Positions 59,612 to 64,000 of a stretch of 64,000 nucleotides of DNA are shown here, one piece after another. Each line of letters opens with the position of its first letter. Position 1 is the first letter of the stretch. A program made the translations under genes and the position numbers. The notes below the pieces were generated by a model. The model was not told the origin of the DNA. It searched no databases and worked only from the letters and a program-made list of their open reading frames with translations. Origin of the DNA: Phycisphaerae bacterium (GTDB lineage: Bacteria > Planctomycetota > Phycisphaerae > Sedimentisphaerales > SM23-30); contig JAEIOG010000002.1 in assembly GCA_016342495.1 (NCBI GenBank), positions 9,320 to 73,319 on the forward strand, read 5' to 3'.

Positions 59612-60835
59612 TTATATTTTCAATTTTCTTTTGTAAAAGAATAAAACAATAATAAATACCAAAACAATGGCAGTAATAATATAAAGCAAATAACTATCGT
59701 TTGGTTCATTATTCTCTTTGTCCTTTTCTACTGCTTCTTGAGAAGGCTCTGTTTCTTGAGTTTCGTATACTTGTAGCGAGGCCCCTTTTTGTGGCTTAGC
59801 TAATGGTTCATCGGTTTTTGGCGGCGTTGTCGCTTTAGTTACTTCATTAAATGAAGGGTTTGCAAGATCAAAACGATCTTTACCTTCATAATAATATCCT
59901 GTTTTCAAAATTGTGTCTGAAACATCGTCGCCATTTTTTACACCTAAACTTTCTAATTCAAACTCAGAATCAGGGATTGTTTCATTTATTTGATTGTTGG
60001 CAAATCTAACCTTGTAAGAATTTATCTTTGTTCCCCCATATTTCATTATTGTTTCCATAGTATAAAAAAATGTTTTGGGGACCCAAACACCATTGTGCTG
60101 TTCATATGACCAGTTTCTGTCTTCTATATTTTTCCCCCCGATTCCTATATATTGAATCAGAGCTCCACTTTTTGATATGTCAAATGTATGCCGATCAATT
60201 AAATCGCCACTTGTTGCTTCTAAAATAACCAAATCGCCTTCTTGCCACACCTTTACATCTGACAATTCAGGGTTGTTTGCCTCATGATAATAAAACATTA
60301 ACCTTACCGCCAAATCCCTTTTTTTATTTGTAAGATACCACATAGGATCAAATGTAGTTGTATATGTCGATTGGTCTGCTTCACTCAAGGGCCATATAGT
60401 CAAACTTTTTTTTCGTTCTCCATTATCAATAGTATAGTAGTTTTTGTATCGATAAAATCTATTACCTCTTTTCATTTCATTATGACGTTCTCGCTTTTCT
60501 CCAGCTATCAACTTCCCTGCATCATCAAGTATGTCAAGTTTATCGTTCGACATTGACCATCTACTAGCTTCTTGTTTTTTCGAAAACCAGAACTCTGCAG
60601 AATATTCTTCTCTGCGAGTGATATTTCCATTTTCTTCCCACAAACGTTCAATCTTAGCACTACCTTGCCAGTATCTAATGCTTTCCTTATTCTCTTTTAT
60701 CATCGTTGCTGTTTTTTTTAATAAATCTAAATCACCCTCAACTTTTGCTATAAGGTCACTGCATAGACCGTGGATTAATACAAATGAAAGTAATAATAAA
60801 GACACCTTTTTCTGGATAGTATTTATTGAATCCAT
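59612..60835 (-). CDS. Hypothetical exported protein with C-terminal TM anchor (same architecture as neighbour)
   Basis: Signal peptide, NGVWVPK..and INETIPDSEF LolA-like end motif, linker, TM, YKRKLKI tail; AAGGA RBS before ATG 60835. Confidence 0.75.
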   Translation of the reverse strand: MDSINTIQKKVSLLLLSFVLIHGLCSDLIAKVEGDLDLLKKTATMIKENKESIRYWQGSAKIERLWEENGNITRREEYSAEFWFSKKQEASRWSMSNDKLDILDDAGKLIAGEKRERHNEMKRGNRFYRYKNYYTIDNGERKKSLTIWPLSEADQSTYTTTFDPMWYLTNKKRDLAVRLMFYYHEANNPELSDVKVWQEGDLVILEATSGDLIDRHTFDISKSGALIQYIGIGGKNIEDRNWSYEQHNGVWVPKTFFYTMETIMKYGGTKINSYKVRFANNQINETIPDSEFELESLGVKNGDDVSDTILKTGYYYEGKDRFDLANPSFNEVTKATTPPKTDEPLAKPQKGASLQVYETQETEPSQEAVEKDKENNEPNDSYLLYIITAIVLVFIIVLFFYKRKLKI

Positions 60836-60891
60836 ATTTTTCCTTTCAAAAAAGACTAATCTCAGCATAGGCTAAGCACCATCGAACCCTG

Positions 60892-61479
60892 CTATTCTTT
60901 CAACACCATATCGATGCACATTACTGCGGCTACTATTAGTTGGCGGATGGGGTTATCGGTTGGGACATCGGGGTTGATTTCCAGGATATAATTGTCGGCT
61001 GTGGTGAACAATTCTTTGCCTAGGCCGGACCATTTTTTTGAGACATGGGCAAATTCATGGTCGCCATCGACGAAACGGAAATCCCAGCCAGTCCATTTTC
61101 CTTTGAGCATACAAACTTCATTGCCATCGCAATCCTGAACGGCGAACTTGCCACCGAAACTTAATAGTTTCTGCTGGAACATTCCGATCATTTCATCATT
61201 TTCATCAAAAACCGAAACTTTTGAGCGGAAAATCGAGATTCCACGTTTGACGCGTACAGCCTGATTGCCATCGGTATCCCGAACGGTTATATCAAATGGA
61301 GTCATACGTTTATAATCTGAAAAACGCAGCAGCTTAGTAATAAAACCGAGCTTCTCTTCACGACATTCCATGATAATCTGGCCAGTTTCCGGGGCAAGAA
61401 TATCAAAGTTGTTGGCGGCCTTGAACATGCCTACATGTTCTTTTACAAAAAACAAATTCTTTTCTAATACATTCAACAT
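60892..61479 (-). CDS. Scramblase / LURP-one-related (Tubby C-terminal-like) protein
   Basis: FFVKEH, TPF, LKGKWTGWDF, VSKKWSGLGKELFT.ADNY, A.MCIDMV. Confidence 0.8.
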   Translation of the reverse strand: MLNVLEKNLFFVKEHVGMFKAANNFDILAPETGQIIMECREEKLGFITKLLRFSDYKRMTPFDITVRDTDGNQAVRVKRGISIFRSKVSVFDENDEMIGMFQQKLLSFGGKFAVQDCDGNEVCMLKGKWTGWDFRFVDGDHEFAHVSKKWSGLGKELFTTADNYILEINPDVPTDNPIRQLIVAAVMCIDMVLKE

Positions 61480-61500
61480 TATATTACTCCTATTATAAAT

Positions 61501-61543
61501 TAATCCCTGTTTGGTACCATTTTAACAATACCAACAGGGATTA
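61501..61543 (-). terminator. Hairpin ending the capsid-module operon
   Basis: TAATCCCTGTTTGGTA...TACCAACAGGGATTA inverted repeat downstream of the lipoprotein stop. Confidence 0.5.
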
Positions 61544-61569
61544 CAATAGTAGATATATGAAATTGTAAA

Positions 61570-62142
61570 TTATTTTTCCAGCATTACCAGTTTTTTTGTT
61601 GGCTGACTTTGGTTTTGCTGGGCCTGTTTGAAAGCTTGAATGCTTTGGGGGTTTTGAGCTTTGAATATTTCATTGCCTTGAACGATTTCCTTTAGAGCTG
61701 TGCTTTTTTCTTTGGCCACCTTCAAGGAATTAACGACTCTGCCACCTAATAGTCCGCCAAAGACACCAGCGATACCGATAGCCACCTGCAGAACATCATC
61801 AGCGATTGACCATGGGTCTGGTCTTTGCAGAGCTGAGTGTGATGCTCGAGTGGTTATATCATTATTTGCCTGGGACAAAATAGACTCAGCATTGTCCGAT
61901 TCGGGTAATTGCTCCGGCATGCCATAATAATTTAAGATCGCCGAACTCTGGGAGACTGACTGGTTGGTCAAATCCTGCATGGTCTGGGGATAATTTTGGT
62001 CATGGGCCAATTGAGCAGCGGTCTGAGTTGTGCGAAAATGCAGGTAAGCATTTTGTTTCTGGTCCTGATTGGGCGCGAGTCTCAGGTTGCCGCAGCCACT
62101 TATCATCAGTGGCATTGCTATTAATATCATTAACTTTTTCAT
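61570..62142 (-). CDS. Lipoprotein with a second hydrophobic helix near the C-terminus (phage module; spanin-like topology)
   Basis: Lipobox ISGC; VLQVAIGIAGVFGGLLGG segment; co-oriented downstream of the capsid gene. Confidence 0.7.
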   Translation of the reverse strand: MKKLMILIAMPLMISGCGNLRLAPNQDQKQNAYLHFRTTQTAAQLAHDQNYPQTMQDLTNQSVSQSSAILNYYGMPEQLPESDNAESILSQANNDITTRASHSALQRPDPWSIADDVLQVAIGIAGVFGGLLGGRVVNSLKVAKEKSTALKEIVQGNEIFKAQNPQSIQAFKQAQQNQSQPTKKLVMLEK

Positions 62143-62410
62143 TTATGTTATCCTTTATATAATCAATTTCTTTTTCTAATGCCGCAATACGGTATTGATG
62201 ATCGGTGTTCATTGCAGAGACGATTTTAAAATGTTCAGCCAACTGCATACTTGAATTATTCAATTGATTCAAATCGCACCTTATCAATACCAGTTGTTTT
62301 TGTAAATCACACCAGGTAATAGTTATCGCCGTTATCAGCGTGATGATATGCAGCATATTTCCGAGTGAAATTTCCCGTTTGAATTTCCAGGCTGAATTAT
62401 TGCCACCCAT
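62000..62410 (-). CDS. Single-TM plus coiled-coil protein (holin/i-spanin-like)
   Basis: AAGGAG RBS before ATG 62410; ISLGNMLHIITLITAITITW TM, then heptads ..HQYRIAALEKEI; 3' end overlaps the next gene by 143 nt. Confidence 0.6.
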   Translation of the reverse strand: MGGNNSAWKFKREISLGNMLHIITLITAITITWCDLQKQLVLIRCDLNQLNNSSMQLAEHFKIVSAMNTDHQYRIAALEKEIDYIKDNINEKVNDINSNATDDKWLRQPETRAQSGPETKCLPAFSHNSDRCSIGP

Positions 62411-62423
62411 TTGTATCTCCTTA

Positions 62424-63080
62424 TTATGAACGTTTAAGCCGAATGGAGCCGCCGGAGATTTCATGATTGCTTTGGCCATCATTATCGGTATCGAAAAGCA
62501 GTTTCACTTTAGATTTTAAATGGCCAAAGCTATGTCGATAATGCGATGACTTATCCCAGAACATCTGGCTGTCTGGCTGGGTATCAGCTATCGAAGCCAT
62601 CAGATAGATTAGCATATTAAAAACCGATAAACTAATCAGGTCATTACTATTGATAATCTGAGCGATATTGAATGAATCATCCTGGCCTTCATTAATATCA
62701 AAATACCGCAAAATTTCAGCGGCGGCATCGTGAGCCTGAGGGTCATAAGTTGTGATCGACCAGTTGATAGCGGTAGCGGTTGGCACGGCTGCTGCTACCT
62801 GGGAACTATCGCTACGTAAAACGGAGATTGTCAATTCAGTATTGGAGTTGACACTGACAATTTCGAAACAATTATTAATTGCCATATCAGTGGTCTGCAA
62901 AAAAATCACATGCCCGCTTTTGATACCGCTGTCAATAAAATTCGCTGTTGGCGAAGTGAAAGTTGTTCCTGCGGTGTTGCCGTCATTGCTGCTGCATAAT
63001 TTTTGACTTTCGAATGCCAAATCCATAAAGAGTCTGGGCTCGTATTTCAATAAATCGATATCTTTGGAAAATCCAGTCAT
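62424..63080 (-). CDS. Hypothetical protein downstream of capsid, putative head-completion/adaptor protein
   Basis: Position directly after the capsid gene; FS.D.DL..YEP start and K..HY...F.....FD.DNDG......IRL.R end resemble head-tail adaptors. Confidence 0.5.
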   Translation of the reverse strand: MTGFSKDIDLLKYEPRLFMDLAFESQKLCSSNDGNTAGTTFTSPTANFIDSGIKSGHVIFLQTTDMAINNCFEIVSVNSNTELTISVLRSDSSQVAAAVPTATAINWSITTYDPQAHDAAAEILRYFDINEGQDDSFNIAQIINSNDLISLSVFNMLIYLMASIADTQPDSQMFWDKSSHYRHSFGHLKSKVKLLFDTDNDGQSNHEISGGSIRLKRS

Positions 63081-63109
63081 GTTATTATCTCCCTTTCAAA
63101 AGTATAAGA

Positions 63110-63138
63110 TGTCGGCACCTGAGAGCCAGGTGCCGACA
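63110..63138 (-). terminator. Strong hairpin directly after the capsid gene
   Basis: TGTCGGCACCTG-AGAGC-CAGGTGCCGACA perfect 12-bp stem; followed on minus by TCTTATACTTTT. Confidence 0.7.
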
Positions 63139-63147
63139 ATGATAATT

Positions 63148-63999
63148 TTACGCAACTGACATATCGGTTATGACCCCATGTGCTTCTTCGTTACGGAACT
63201 CCAGAGTATACTCACCGATAATCTGGCCACACTCATAATCCCCTCCTGAAGGCAAAGGCTTATAATGGAAACTGCGACCACTTAGCGGTAAGACTGAAAT
63301 TCTGGAACTGTCAAGCAGCAGAACAGAATCTTTCGGCATCCATCGAGTTGGTATGATTTTACAGACACCAAAATCACTTTCATATATATCAACCATATTA
63401 GAAAATGTGCTGTCTTTTGGGCCATAAGAACGCAAGCCATACATGAAAGAATTAATCATTCTTTTTTGATAGCCATTGACCACAATCAAATCGATATTGC
63501 TGTTGCTGGCTTCCCAGATTTTTCGCAAGGCATAATTGATCTGATTTTCACTTAAGGAAGTGCCCGCGGGGAAACCGCTCTGGCCGGCTTTGAATATATT
63601 GGTTTGGATGGAATTGATAATGCCATTCATAGAGCGTGCGACATTGCTTGAACCTTGCGGGTCAGTTGCCGCCATCCCGCCATTGATGACAGTGTTTTCC
63701 AGGTCACGTAATAATTCACGGAGACGTTCCTGTTTTTGATAATCCAGTTCGTCTGCTAAGCCCAATTGCCGGGCGGCTAAGTCACTGCCGGAAACTTCAA
63801 CTGAAGATGTAAAAATCTGGGTATAGTTGCTTTTGCGAATGCGATTAGTAAACCGGGCTGCAGGCTTGTCGGCACCTTCATAGGCAAGGTTGCCCAGGAT
63901 ATGCAGGACTTGATTGTCGGTGAGGTCTTCGGCGGTTGTACCGGCATAGCCACGCTGAACGGTTAATATATTGCCGCTGACATTAGTTATCACCATCAA
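63148..63999 (-). CDS. SU10/DUF5309-like (HK97-fold) major capsid protein, 5' end outside window
   Basis: NYTQIFTSSVEVSGS, ELDYQK...L.ELLRDLE..VING, RSMNGI, YESDFG, G.IIGEYTLE.RNE.AHG.I. Confidence 0.85.
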   Translation of the reverse strand: MMVITNVSGNILTVQRGYAGTTAEDLTDNQVLHILGNLAYEGADKPAARFTNRIRKSNYTQIFTSSVEVSGSDLAARQLGLADELDYQKQERLRELLRDLENTVINGGMAATDPQGSSNVARSMNGIINSIQTNIFKAGQSGFPAGTSLSENQINYALRKIWEASNSNIDLIVVNGYQKRMINSFMYGLRSYGPKDSTFSNMVDIYESDFGVCKIIPTRWMPKDSVLLLDSSRISVLPLSGRSFHYKPLPSGGDYECGQIIGEYTLEFRNEEAHGVITDMSVA

Positions 64000-64000
64000 C

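Noticed and set aside
12350-63999. One intact ~52-kb prophage spanning terminase to capsid
   Set aside because: The interval is filled with core genes (ptsI, RNase E/G, dtd, purD, mutM); no integrase, att pair or tail genes seen

Overview
Bacterial chromosomal DNA of roughly 40% GC by eye. It is most likely from Planctomycetota (Phycisphaerae/Sedimentisphaerales-like), inferred from gene content such as the hpf-EIIA-HPr-EI-DUF2344-rne block and the HTH/acidic membrane protein. Most of the window is housekeeping: comM-like ATPase, rho, coaE, PTS genes, RNase E/G, dtd, a glycan-modification operon, an NtrBC-type pair, GH20, purD and mutM. Two separate phage-derived modules sit among these genes, and I saw no integrase, att site, replication gene or tail gene. 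Module A (12.3-19.5 kb) is a CI/LexA-type S24 repressor divergent from an operon encoding a double sigma-4-like HTH protein, an ABC-type ATPase, a GNAT-like protein, a small-terminase-like protein and a large terminase whose C-terminus is cut off at a repeat. Module B (61.6-64 kb, open at the window edge) encodes an SU10/DUF5309-like major capsid protein, an adaptor-like protein and two spanin/holin-like membrane proteins. The + strand switches from strongly C-rich to strongly G-rich at about 18 kb, at the module A control region, which also carries a 28-bp palindrome and five AGGGTA repeats. Together these suggest a domesticated, GTA-like packaging system linked to a replication origin; this is a hypothesis, and a decayed prophage remains possible. 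The window also has three MITEs with GTAACATTTTAGCGA ends and exact 8-bp target duplications, and dense REP-like mosaic repeats next to orphan genes and gene fragments. I saw no rRNA, tRNA or CRISPR array. All family calls come from motif recognition by eye, not database searches.
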